From assembly GCA_016933615.1 (NCBI GenBank), contig JAFGAO010000027.1:66862-130861 (forward strand): 64,000 nt of DNA. The letters run 5' to 3'. This stretch comes from Acidobacteriota bacterium. GTDB lineage: Bacteria; Acidobacteriota; UBA6911. The notes beneath the pieces were generated by a model, which was not told the DNA's origin, searched no databases, and saw nothing but the letters and a program-made list of their open reading frames with translations. Positions 8,761-17,980 of this stretch are shown piece after piece (position 1 is the stretch's first letter; every line of letters starts with the position of its first letter). Made by a program: the position numbers and the translations under genes.

Positions 8761-9588
8761 ATGATGCCAGGCGTCCATCGGCTGACAAGCAAAAACAACC
8801 CTCTTCTAAAGCGGATACGGCTTCTTGCGTCCGCTTCCCGCAGGGCGCCGGAAGAGGTCGTGCTGGCGGAAGGAACACGCGTTCTGGAGGAGGCTGTCCG
8901 ATCCGGATATTCTTTCGAGGCGGTTGTATCGACCGTGGAATTCGGCTCCAATTCAAGGGAGGCCGCTCTGCTGCGGAGCCTGAAATCCAGGCGGGTGCCA
9001 TTCTACCAGGTCGGGCAGGGGATTTTTCGGTCCGTTTCCTGCCTCAAATCCCCTCAGGGCGCGATCGCTCTCGTCAAGGCGCCGCGCGCCGCTCTTCCGC
9101 CCCAAAAGGACCCCGACGCTCTTGTGCTCTACGCCTGCGGCATTCAGGATCCGGGCAATCTGGGCACGCTGATCCGGACCGCCGCCGCCGCCGGAGCGTC
9201 TCTTTTCTGCACTTCGAAAGAGACGGTTTCGGCCGGCAATCCCAAGGCAATACGGTCGAGCGCCGGCGCTTTTTTCCATCTCAAACCCGTGGAACATGTG
9301 GATTTTCCAGACTTTCTGGACTACTGCGTAAACCATTCGATCCGGCTCTACCGTACCGATGCCCGCGAAGGCGTGCCGCACACGGAATCGGACCTGAAGT
9401 CCCCCTGCGCCATACTGCTCGGAAATGAAGGAAGCGGAATGAACAAGAACGACTATCCCGGCCTGCCGGCCATACGGATCCCGCTGGCCGCTGGGATTGA
9501 TTCCCTGAATGTGGCCCTCGCCGGAGCAGTCATACTTTTTGAAGCCTCCAGGCAAAGGTCCGCCTTCTCCAGGACAGCGCACGACTGA
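8761..9588 (+). CDS. TrmH/SpoU family RNA 2'-O-methyltransferase (RlmB-like)
   Basis: The SpoU methylase motifs are present (VLYACGIQDPGNLGTLIRTAAAAGA; ILLGNEGSGM; SLNVALAGAVILFEA), with an N-terminal substrate-binding domain. ATG 8761 (MMPGV) is chosen over the longer ORF that starts at 8653. Confidence 0.75.
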   Translation: MMPGVHRLTSKNNPLLKRIRLLASASRRAPEEVVLAEGTRVLEEAVRSGYSFEAVVSTVEFGSNSREAALLRSLKSRRVPFYQVGQGIFRSVSCLKSPQGAIALVKAPRAALPPQKDPDALVLYACGIQDPGNLGTLIRTAAAAGASLFCTSKETVSAGNPKAIRSSAGAFFHLKPVEHVDFPDFLDYCVNHSIRLYRTDAREGVPHTESDLKSPCAILLGNEGSGMNKNDYPGLPAIRIPLAAGIDSLNVALAGAVILFEASRQRSAFSRTAHD

Positions 9589-9594
9589 CGCATC

Positions 9595-10944
9595 ATGACA
9601 AAAAACTTATTCCCCGAATCCGAAGACACGCGATCGAATGCGGATGCGCCGCTGGCGGAGAGGCTGCGTCCTCGATCCCTGGATGAAATCGTGGGTCAGC
9701 AGCACCTCATCGGCAAAGGCAAAGTCCTGCGTATCATGGCGGAACAGGATCGTCTGGCATCCATTATCCTATGGGGCCCTCCGGGAACGGGGAAAACCAC
9801 CCTGGCGCGAATCCTGGCGAGGCAGACGCGCTCCCCCTTTGTCTCCTACAGCGCGGTTTTGTCGGGAATCAAGGAGATCAAAACGGTCATGGCGGAGGCG
9901 GAAACGCTCTTTCGCGCCTCCCGGGGGAGAACCGTTGTTTTTGTGGATGAAATCCACCGTTTCAACAAGGCCCAGCAGGATGCCTTCCTTCCCTATGTGG
10001 AATCGGGCGTGATCGCACTGATCGGCGCTACGACCGAGAATCCATCCTTCGAAGTCATCGGGCCGTTGCTGTCCCGGTGCAAGGTCTACGTGCTGAATCC
10101 TCTCAGCCCGGAAGAAACCGAGGAGATTCTGAAACGTGCCTTGACGGAACCACAACTCGGACTCGGCGCCGATGAAATTTCCAGCCCGGACGCAGTGCTG
10201 CGCCGGATCTCCCTGTACGCGAACGGAGATGCACGGGTCGCCCTCAATATTCTGGAGCTTTCCGCTTCCCTTGCCGTGCGCCGGGCGGGCAAACTTCCGG
10301 CGGTTCTCACGTCGGAGGATCTGGAGTCGGCACTGCAGCAGAAGATACCGCGGTACGACAAAGACGGGGAGGAGCATTACAATCTCATTTCCGCCCTGCA
10401 TAAATCGATGCGCAACAGCGATCCGGACGCGTCGCTCTACTGGCTCGGCCGCATGCTGGAAGCGGGGGAGGACCCTGTTTATATCGCGCGGCGGATGGTA
10501 CGTTTCGCCTCGGAGGATGTCGGACTTGCCGATGTCCGGGCTCTGAATGTCGCCCTCAACGCGGCCGATGCGGTCCGCCTGGTAGGCTTGCCGGAGTGCA
10601 AACTGGCCCTCGCGCAGGCCGCCGTCTATCTTTCGGTGGCTCCCAAATCGAATTCCCTCTATACCGCCTACGGGGCCGTGGTCTCCGATGTGGAGAACTC
10701 CTCCAATGAGCCGCCGCCCCTGCATATCCGCAACGCACCGACTTCCCTGATGAAGGATCTGGGCTACGGAAAGGATTATCAATATGCCCACAATTTGAAG
10801 GAAAAGGTGGCCGATATGCAGTGCCTGCCTGAAACTCTTAAAGGAAGGCGGTATTACCACCCGTCCGATCAGGGGATGGAGCGGCGAATCCGGGAAATTC
10901 TTGCCGAAATAAAGCAGAGGAAACAGCGCAGTTCAAAAAGATAG
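9595..10944 (+). CDS. rarA: Replication-associated recombination protein A (AAA+ ATPase RarA/MgsA)
   Basis: AAA+ motifs are present (SIILWGPPGTGKTTLAR; VVFVDEIHRFNKAQQD), followed by the MgsA C-terminal helical domain. Confidence 0.9.
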   Translation: MTKNLFPESEDTRSNADAPLAERLRPRSLDEIVGQQHLIGKGKVLRIMAEQDRLASIILWGPPGTGKTTLARILARQTRSPFVSYSAVLSGIKEIKTVMAEAETLFRASRGRTVVFVDEIHRFNKAQQDAFLPYVESGVIALIGATTENPSFEVIGPLLSRCKVYVLNPLSPEETEEILKRALTEPQLGLGADEISSPDAVLRRISLYANGDARVALNILELSASLAVRRAGKLPAVLTSEDLESALQQKIPRYDKDGEEHYNLISALHKSMRNSDPDASLYWLGRMLEAGEDPVYIARRMVRFASEDVGLADVRALNVALNAADAVRLVGLPECKLALAQAAVYLSVAPKSNSLYTAYGAVVSDVENSSNEPPPLHIRNAPTSLMKDLGYGKDYQYAHNLKEKVADMQCLPETLKGRRYYHPSDQGMERRIREILAEIKQRKQRSSKR

Positions 10945-10952
10945 ATAGCCCG

Positions 10953-11795
10953 TTAAGCCCACAAATAATAGGAAAGGACCGCCAGGGCGAGAACAATGCG
11001 GTAAACAACGAAAGGAGTGAAACTGCTTTTCCGGATATACCGCAGAAAGTAACGGATGCAGAAAAATCCGGTTGCGGCCGCGAAAAGAACTCCCGTCAAT
11101 AAAATCAACCATGGCTCTTCAACCGTTTCTAAACCCGGAGTCAGCCGGAACCTGATCAGTTTGAAACCTTCCAGCATCCCGGCGCCCACAATAACGGGTG
11201 TCGACAGAAGAAATGAGAATCTTGCAGCGCTGCTGCGGTCGCAGTCGCGGTACAACGCAGTTGTCATCGTTATGCCGCTTCTGCTAACTCCCGGAATCAA
11301 TGCAACCGCCTGGCTGATGCCGATCCATATGGAGTCGGCCCATGTGAAGGAAGTGATTGTGCGCCGCTTTTCTCCTTTTTTATCGGCGATATAGAGAAGG
11401 AGTGCAAAAATGATCAGTGTAAAAACCGTAACCAGAGGAGACCTCAGTTTGTTTTCAATATAATTTTCGAAGGTCAGCCCCGCAATCACTGCCGGGATGG
11501 TCGCAACCACCAGGAACCACGCCAGCTTCCGGTCCGGATTGCCCATGGGGCGTCGCTCCAGTAGCCCCAGGACCGCCTCCCTCGCCAGACGTATCCAGTC
11601 TTTCCTGAAAAATGCCAGCACGGACACGGCGGTTCCTACGTGAACCGCCACGTCAAAAGCGATACCCTGGGGTTCCCATCCGGTAAACCACGGAACAAGA
11701 ATGAGATGCGCGGAGCTGCTGATGGGCAGAAATTCCGTGAGCCCCTGGATGGTTCCCAGTATCGCGGCTGAAATCAACTCCATCAAACCGACCAT
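10953..11795 (-). CDS. uppP: Undecaprenyl-diphosphatase UppP (BacA)
   Basis: The conserved motifs GLTEFLPISSSAHLIL and PGVSRSG are present in an 8-TM protein. ATG 11795 is preceded by GGGGGTGG, and the ORF finder start at 11804 is GTG. The gene ends 8 bp from the rarA stop on the opposite strand. Confidence 0.9.
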   Translation of the reverse strand: MVGLMELISAAILGTIQGLTEFLPISSSAHLILVPWFTGWEPQGIAFDVAVHVGTAVSVLAFFRKDWIRLAREAVLGLLERRPMGNPDRKLAWFLVVATIPAVIAGLTFENYIENKLRSPLVTVFTLIIFALLLYIADKKGEKRRTITSFTWADSIWIGISQAVALIPGVSRSGITMTTALYRDCDRSSAARFSFLLSTPVIVGAGMLEGFKLIRFRLTPGLETVEEPWLILLTGVLFAAATGFFCIRYFLRYIRKSSFTPFVVYRIVLALAVLSYYLWA

Positions 11796-12003
11796 AAAAA
11801 CCACCCCCGCTCCGGTAAAAGTTGCGCAATCATACCAGTATTGACTGAAGATTGAAAATTGAAGATTCCGTATGAATGTTTGAACGCGTATTGAAAGCTG
11901 ACATAAAAGCCGCCGAATCGGGTGGAAATCCGGCTTTCCCGGTATTATCCTTTCGAATTCAGCATTGTTAAAGAAAACAGCCGGTCAAAAACCAGGAGTG
12001 TTC

Positions 12004-12888
12004 ATGTCAAAGCCAAAAAAAGTTCTGAAACTGGGCCTGCCCAAGGGGAGTCTTCAGGAATCGACGCTTGAGCTGTTTCGCAAGGCGGGCATTCGCGTCT
12101 TCTCCAGCGACAGATCCTACTTTCCCTACTGCGACGACGAAGAAATAGAAATCATGCTGCTACGGTCCCAGGAAATGGCCAAATATGTCGAGGACGGGCT
12201 GTTTGACGCCGGGATCACGGGCCAGGACTGGATCCTTGAAACCGGCGCCAGCGTCAAGCAGGTCTGTGAACTCATTTACGCCAAGAGCGGATTCAAACCC
12301 GTCCGGTGGGTGCTGGCCGTGCCTGAAAGCTCCAAAATACGCTCCATTGGCGACCTCGAAGGCAAAACGGTCGCCACGGAACTGGTCCATTGCGTCAAGA
12401 AATATTTTTCACAAAAAAGGGTAAAGGCAGATATCGAATATTCCTGGGGCGCGACGGAAGCGAAAGCCGGCATTCTGGTGGATGCAATTGTCGAGTTGAC
12501 CGAAACGGGTCGGTCTCTCAAGGCCAATCAGCTGCGTATCTTGGAGGATGTTCTGTCTTCGACCACCCGGTTTATCGCCAACAGGAAATCGTGGCAAAAT
12601 CCCTGGAAACGGCAAAAAATGGAGAATATTGCCATCCTGCTCCAGGGAGCTCTTGCCGCGGAGGGAATGGTCGGATTGAAGATGAACCTCAAGGAAGCCG
12701 ACCTGGATAAAATTATGAGGATCCTTCCCTCGCTCAAGCGGCCTACGATCAGCCCTCTGACTATTTCAGGGTGGATGGCACTGGAGGTTGTCGTGGATGA
12801 AAAAATCGTCAAAAAGATGATTCCGGAGCTGAAAAGAGCCGGAGCTCAGGGAATCATCGAATACCCGCTGAACAAGCTCATTGCATAA
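12004..12888 (+). CDS. hisG: ATP phosphoribosyltransferase, long form (HisG)
   Basis: [17 protein letters not shown]...[12 protein letters not shown]... is the HisG catalytic core, and a C-terminal regulatory domain follows. AGGAG lies 5 nt upstream of ATG 12004. Confidence 0.9.
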   Translation: MSKPKKVLKLGLPKGSLQESTLELFRKAGIRVFSSDRSYFPYCDDEEIEIMLLRSQEMAKYVEDGLFDAGITGQDWILETGASVKQVCELIYAKSGFKPVRWVLAVPESSKIRSIGDLEGKTVATELVHCVKKYFSQKRVKADIEYSWGATEAKAGILVDAIVELTETGRSLKANQLRILEDVLSSTTRFIANRKSWQNPWKRQKMENIAILLQGALAAEGMVGLKMNLKEADLDKIMRILPSLKRPTISPLTISGWMALEVVVDEKIVKKMIPELKRAGAQGIIEYPLNKLIA

Positions 12889-12969
12889 TGGGGGCGCTTG
12901 AAATAATCCGCCGCCTGGGATAATTTATGGACCCTACGGATTGTATCCGAACAAAGCCTGGAGCGACCC

Positions 12970-14508
12970 ATTTACCGCGAAAATATTCTAATTCTTGATT
13001 TTGGATCGCAGTACACGCAACTGATTGGGCGGCGTGTGCGCGAACTTGCCGTATACAGCGAAATCGTGCCCTACTACGATGCGCTCGAAAAGATTCGAGC
13101 CTGCAGACCCTCCGGAATTATCCTTTCCGGCGGGCCGAACTCCGTTTGCAGGGAGGGAAGCCCCTCCCTCCCCCCCGAATTTTTCGAACTGGGTATCCCG
13201 GTGCTCGGAATCTGCTACGGATTCCAGCTTCTGGCCAAGTGCCTGGGAGGGAAAACCATTCCAGGCGGCGACCGGCGGGAATTCGGAAAAGCCATGGCCG
13301 TCGTCCATGAAGCCGGCGTGCTGTTCAAGAACCTTCCCGAACAGTTTCAGGTTTGGATGAGTCACGGCGACCGGGTGGAGCGGATCCCCCCCGGATTCAA
13401 AATCCTGGCAAAATCCGGCGAACTGAATGCCGCGGCGGCGGATGAAAGCAAAAAGATATGGGGCTTGCAGTTTCACCCGGAAGTGGCGCACACGCCTCAT
13501 GGGAAAGAAATCCTCGAAAACTTCCTTACCGTCGCGTGCGGATGCAAGCAGAACTGGACCGTGACTTCGTTCATTGCATCTACCGTGGAGTCCATTAAGA
13601 CCCGGGTGGGGTCCGAAAGCGCCATCTGCGCGCTCAGCGGCGGCGTGGACTCGACCGTCGCCGCGCTGCTGGTCCACGAAGCCGTAGGCGACAGGCTGAC
13701 ATGCGTTTTCGTCAACAACGGCCTTCTGCGAAAGAATGAGTTCGATACCGTTCTCGAGAATTACCGGCAACGCCTGCACCTCAAGGTGCAGGGAGTGGAT
13801 GCCAGCGCCCGCTTCCTGGCCCTTCTCGAAGGGGTTGAAGATCCCGAAAAGAAAAGAAAAATTATTGGGAAGGAATTCATCAGGGTTTTTGAAGAAGAAG
13901 CCCGCAAGGTAGGGAATCCTCCTTTCCTGGTCCAGGGCACTCTTTACCCGGACGTGATCGAGTCGGTTTCCGTGCGAGGGCCTTCCGCCGTCATCAAATC
14001 ACATCACAATGTAGGCGGACTGCCGGAGGAGATGCATCTGAAGCTGATCGAACCCCTTCGTGAGCTTTTCAAGGACGAAGTTCGAAAGGTGGGGGAAACT
14101 CTGGGGATGGATCAAAGATTCGTGCACCGCCATCCCTTTCCGGGCCCCGGGCTTGCCGTGCGCATTCTCGGTTCCGTAACCGCGGAGCGCCTGTCCGTGC
14201 TCAGAGAAGCGGATGCCATCGTGCAGCAGGAAATCGAAAGCGCCGGGCTGCTGCAGCAGCTGTGGCAGGCGTTTGCCGTTTTGTTGCCGGTTCAGAGCGT
14301 GGGAGTTATGGGAGACGACCGCACATACGAGAATGTGGCGGCTCTGCGCATTGTGACCAGCCTGGACGGCATGACGGCCGACTGGGCAAAAATTCCCTAC
14401 AAAGTGATCGAAAGGATTGCCAACCGCATCGTGAATGAAGTGCGCGGGATAAACCGTGTCGTGTACGATGTTACCTCGAAACCTCCTGGAACCATTGAAT
14501 GGGAGTAG
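12970..14508 (+). CDS. guaA: GMP synthase (glutamine-hydrolysing) GuaA; start codon unresolved
   Basis: A class-I GATase domain ([20 protein letters not shown]...GICYGFQ) is followed by a PP-loop ATP pyrophosphatase (SGGVDSTV) and the GMP synthase C-terminal domain. The conserved ILILDFG segment lies upstream of the first canonical start (GTG 13036). There is no in-frame ATG, GTG or TTG back to the stop at 12904. ATT at 12970 is used here as a placeholder start. Confidence 0.9.
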   Translation: MYRENILILDFGSQYTQLIGRRVRELAVYSEIVPYYDALEKIRACRPSGIILSGGPNSVCREGSPSLPPEFFELGIPVLGICYGFQLLAKCLGGKTIPGGDRREFGKAMAVVHEAGVLFKNLPEQFQVWMSHGDRVERIPPGFKILAKSGELNAAAADESKKIWGLQFHPEVAHTPHGKEILENFLTVACGCKQNWTVTSFIASTVESIKTRVGSESAICALSGGVDSTVAALLVHEAVGDRLTCVFVNNGLLRKNEFDTVLENYRQRLHLKVQGVDASARFLALLEGVEDPEKKRKIIGKEFIRVFEEEARKVGNPPFLVQGTLYPDVIESVSVRGPSAVIKSHHNVGGLPEEMHLKLIEPLRELFKDEVRKVGETLGMDQRFVHRHPFPGPGLAVRILGSVTAERLSVLREADAIVQQEIESAGLLQQLWQAFAVLLPVQSVGVMGDDRTYENVAALRIVTSLDGMTADWAKIPYKVIERIANRIVNEVRGINRVVYDVTSKPPGTIEWE

Positions 14509-14511
14509 CCC

Positions 14512-17500
14512 GTGCCGCAACAGCCTGTTTTCGTCCACCTGCATAATCACTCCGATTACAGCCTTCTGGACGGCGCTTCCAAGATCGAAAGCATGATCGA
14601 CGCCGCCGTCGCCATGAAAATGCCCGCGCTGGCGCTCACGGACCACGGGAACCTCTTCGGAGCCATACAGTTCTATAACGCGGCCAAAAAACAGGGCATC
14701 AAACCGATCATCGGCTGTGAAGTTTATGTCGCGAAAGAGGACCGCTTCAAAAAAACCGGCGGCGGAGACCAGTCCAATCACCTTGTTTTGCTGGCGGAAA
14801 ATCTAGAGGGGTACCACAACCTTTCCAAACTGGTTTCTTTCGGATTCCTGGAAGGGTTTTATTACAAGCCCCGGATAGACAAATCCCTGCTGTCGCAGTA
14901 CAGCAAAGGGCTTATCGCGCTTTCGGCGTGCCTGAAGGGTGCGGTTCCACAAAAACTCTACGAGGGACAGTTCGGTGCGGCGCTTCAGGAAGCGGCGGCA
15001 CTGCGCGACATCTTCGGCCCGGAGAATTTTTTTCTGGAACTTCAGGATCACAACCTCGAACCCCAGAAACAGGTGAATCCGCGCATCGTGGAGATCTCGA
15101 AAAAGACCGGCATTCCGCTTGTGTGCACAAACGATACGCATTATATCCTTCCCGGGGACAGTGTCGCGCACGACGTGCTTTTGTGCATCGGCACCGGAAA
15201 AACCGTAAACCAGCAGGATCGCATGCGCTACGAGTCCGATCAGTTCTATTTTAAATCCCCCCGGGAGATGCACGCGCTTTGGGGCCATATACCGGAGTCC
15301 CTGCAAAACACGCTCCGCATCGCGGAACGATGCGGCTTTGAAATACCGAAGGAGCAGCCCCTGCCCCCGTTTGAAGTTCCGGCAGGGTACGATGCGGACC
15401 GCTACTTCGAAAAGGTCACCCGCGACGGTTTCCGGAGCCGGCTCAGGCACCTGGAAGCGCTTTCCCAGGAAGGCGGCCTGAAATACCCCCTGCCCGCGTA
15501 CGAGGAACGTTTGTCTTTCGAAATTGAAATGATAAAGCGGATGCAGTTTTCGAGCTACTTTCTCATTGTCTGGGACTTGATGAAATACGCCCGCGACCAC
15601 GGCATACCGGTCGGGCCCGGCCGGGGCTCCGTAGTCGGCAGTTTGGTCGCCTACAGCCTGGCCATCACCGATATCGACCCGCTGCAATACGAACTGTTCT
15701 TTGAACGTTTCCTAAACCCCGAAAGGATCGCGCCTCCGGACATCGACATGGATTTCTGCATGAAGCGGCGTTCGGAAATGATCGATTACGTTTCCCGGAA
15801 ATACGGCAGGGACAACGTCTGCCAGATTATCACCTTCGGAACCATGGCGGCCAGGGGCGTGATTCGGGATGTCGGCAGGAGTCTGGACATCCCGTATTCC
15901 GAGGTCGACCGCATTGCAAAACTGATTCCCAACGAACTGAACGCGACAATCGACAAGGCCCTGGAGCAGGAGCCCCGGCTCGTCGAAGAAATGAAGAATC
16001 CGCAGATTGAAAACCTCATATCCATAGCCAAAAGGCTGGAAGGGCTTTCGAGGCACTCTTCCACACACGCCGCCGGGGTTGTCATCGCTCCCAAACCCCT
16101 GGTGGAACTGGTTCCGCTCCAGAAGACAAACAAGGATGAAATCACCTCCCAATACAGCATGAAGGACCTGGAGTCGATCGGGCTCCTGAAGATGGATTTT
16201 TTGGCGCTGACCACTCTCACGGTTATCGACAGCACCGTTTCGCGGATTCGTGAGGAAAAAGGGATTGAGCTGGACCTTGCGTCCATTCCACTGACGGACG
16301 AAAAAGTATTCGAGCTTTTTTCCCAGGGCAGAACGAACGGCATATTCCAGTTTGAAAGCGGCGGGATGAAGAGCGAGCTGCGCCGGCTGAAACCGGAACG
16401 CTTTGAGGACCTGATCGCATTGAACGCCCTGTACCGCCCCGGGCCCATGGACATGATTCCGGACTTTGTAAAACGGAAGCAGGGCGCCATCGAGGTCCGC
16501 TACCCGCACCCGGTTCTGGAGGAGATTCTGAAGGAAACTTACGGCGTCGTTGTCTATCAGGAACAGGTCATGCAGATAGCCAGCAAAATGGGGGGATTCT
16601 CCCTGGGCGAAGCCGACATTCTGCGCAAAGCCATGGGTAAAAAGAAAATCGACATCATGAACTCGATGCGGGAAACGTTTATCGAAGGCGCTCGGAAGAA
16701 GAATATTCCCCCAAAGTCTGCAGAACAGGTTTTCAGCCTTATGGAGCAGTTCGCACAGTACGGATTCAACAAATCCCACAGTACGGCTTACGCCCTGCTT
16801 GCCTACCAGACTGCATACCTGAAGGTCTACTACCCGGTCCAGTTCATGGCGGCCCTGTTGACGAGTGAAACCGGGAACACAGACAAGATAGTGATGTATA
16901 TCGCCGAATGCAAGGATATGGGCATCGCGGTCCTTCCTCCCGATATCAACGAAAGCGCCCTCGATTTTCTGTCTCTTGGGGGCAGAATACGCTTCGGCAT
17001 GCTGGCCATCAAAAATGTCGGAGAAGGTGTTATCCGGTCCATTCTGGATTATCGCGACAAAAATGGGAAATTTCGAAGCTTCTTCCGGTTTTGTGAAGAG
17101 GTCGATTCCCGCTCCCTGAACAAGAGGGTTCTGGAGAGCCTGGTTAAAAGCGGAGCTCTGGATTCGCTCGGGTGGAAACGTTCCCAGTGCATGGAAATGC
17201 TCGATACGGCCATAGAATACGGGCAAAAAGCAAGGCGCGACCGGGAAAGCGGGCAGCGGGGGCTTTTCGCAAGCGTCTCGGCTTCCGGTCAGGCGGAACT
17301 TCCCGAACCCTCCCCTCCGGATATCCCGGAATGGTCCATGGAGCAGCTCCTGGCGTACGAAAAGGAAACGCTGGGCTTTTACGTATCCGGCCACCCGATG
17401 AGCCGGTTTGCCGCTGAGGCGGCGCGCTACAGCAAAAAAAATATCGCGGAGCTCATTACCGAGGGCGCCGGAACCGAGTGCCGGGTCGCGGGCATCGTCA

Positions 17501-17976
17501 CGGATCTTCGCACCCGCCGTACCAAGAAGGGCGAACTGATGGCGGTTTTTACCCTGGAGGATCTGACCGGGGCTGTCCCGACCATAATATTCCCGAACTC
17601 CTACAGCAAGTTCGAACCCTTCATGGCGGCCGATTGCCCTCTTCTCGTTTCAGGGCGCTTCGAACCGGAAGACGAAAGAAGCTTCAAGATCATCGCTTCC
17701 GAGATAGAGCCTTTGCCCGGAATCGTGCAGCGGAACGCTAAAACCTTGAAAATAAAAGCCTGCATTTCCCTCCTGGCTCCCTCGTCCGCAATCGAACTGC
17801 ACCGCCTGCTCGACCGGAACAGGGGAGAGACCGGAGTCAATGTCGAACTGTACCACCCTTCCGAATTCCGTGTGGACATCCAATCCGCAGATTTTGTAAA
17901 GATCAAATCGAGCCCGGAGTTGATTCAGCAGATTGAAGGCATCTGCGGTCCTGGATCGGTCGAAGTCGTCAATTGA
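14512..17976 (+). CDS. dnaE: DNA polymerase III alpha subunit DnaE
   Basis: The 1154 aa protein has the PHP domain (FVHLHNHSDYSLLDG), the polymerase core, the OB fold and the C-terminal tail. A GTG start lies 3 nt after the guaA stop. Confidence 0.95.
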   Translation: MPQQPVFVHLHNHSDYSLLDGASKIESMIDAAVAMKMPALALTDHGNLFGAIQFYNAAKKQGIKPIIGCEVYVAKEDRFKKTGGGDQSNHLVLLAENLEGYHNLSKLVSFGFLEGFYYKPRIDKSLLSQYSKGLIALSACLKGAVPQKLYEGQFGAALQEAAALRDIFGPENFFLELQDHNLEPQKQVNPRIVEISKKTGIPLVCTNDTHYILPGDSVAHDVLLCIGTGKTVNQQDRMRYESDQFYFKSPREMHALWGHIPESLQNTLRIAERCGFEIPKEQPLPPFEVPAGYDADRYFEKVTRDGFRSRLRHLEALSQEGGLKYPLPAYEERLSFEIEMIKRMQFSSYFLIVWDLMKYARDHGIPVGPGRGSVVGSLVAYSLAITDIDPLQYELFFERFLNPERIAPPDIDMDFCMKRRSEMIDYVSRKYGRDNVCQIITFGTMAARGVIRDVGRSLDIPYSEVDRIAKLIPNELNATIDKALEQEPRLVEEMKNPQIENLISIAKRLEGLSRHSSTHAAGVVIAPKPLVELVPLQKTNKDEITSQYSMKDLESIGLLKMDFLALTTLTVIDSTVSRIREEKGIELDLASIPLTDEKVFELFSQGRTNGIFQFESGGMKSELRRLKPERFEDLIALNALYRPGPMDMIPDFVKRKQGAIEVRYPHPVLEEILKETYGVVVYQEQVMQIASKMGGFSLGEADILRKAMGKKKIDIMNSMRETFIEGARKKNIPPKSAEQVFSLMEQFAQYGFNKSHSTAYALLAYQTAYLKVYYPVQFMAALLTSETGNTDKIVMYIAECKDMGIAVLPPDINESALDFLSLGGRIRFGMLAIKNVGEGVIRSILDYRDKNGKFRSFFRFCEEVDSRSLNKRVLESLVKSGALDSLGWKRSQCMEMLDTAIEYGQKARRDRESGQRGLFASVSASGQAELPEPSPPDIPEWSMEQLLAYEKETLGFYVSGHPMSRFAAEAARYSKKNIAELITEGAGTECRVAGIVTDLRTRRTKKGELMAVFTLEDLTGAVPTIIFPNSYSKFEPFMAADCPLLVSGRFEPEDERSFKIIASEIEPLPGIVQRNAKTLKIKACISLLAPSSAIELHRLLDRNRGETGVNVELYHPSEFRVDIQSADFVKIKSSPELIQQIEGICGPGSVEVVN

Positions 17977-17980
17977 GCGC

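Noticed and set aside
9769-10860. 363 aa ORF antisense to rarA
   Set aside because: It is embedded in conserved rarA and has an Arg-rich, low-complexity translation.
11841-11877. Direct repeat TGAAGATT x2 and TTGACT/TTGAAA hexamers upstream of hisG
   Set aside because: The elements are short and low-complexity, and they do not form a convincing -35/-10 pair. This is probably an ordinary promoter region, so I mention it only for completeness.
15712-17394. 560 aa ORF on the minus strand inside dnaE
   Set aside because: It is entirely antisense to a full-length, strongly conserved DnaE. The translation is Arg/Gly/Pro-rich and low-complexity, as is typical of spurious antisense ORFs in high-GC DNA. 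It has no RBS and no conserved motifs.
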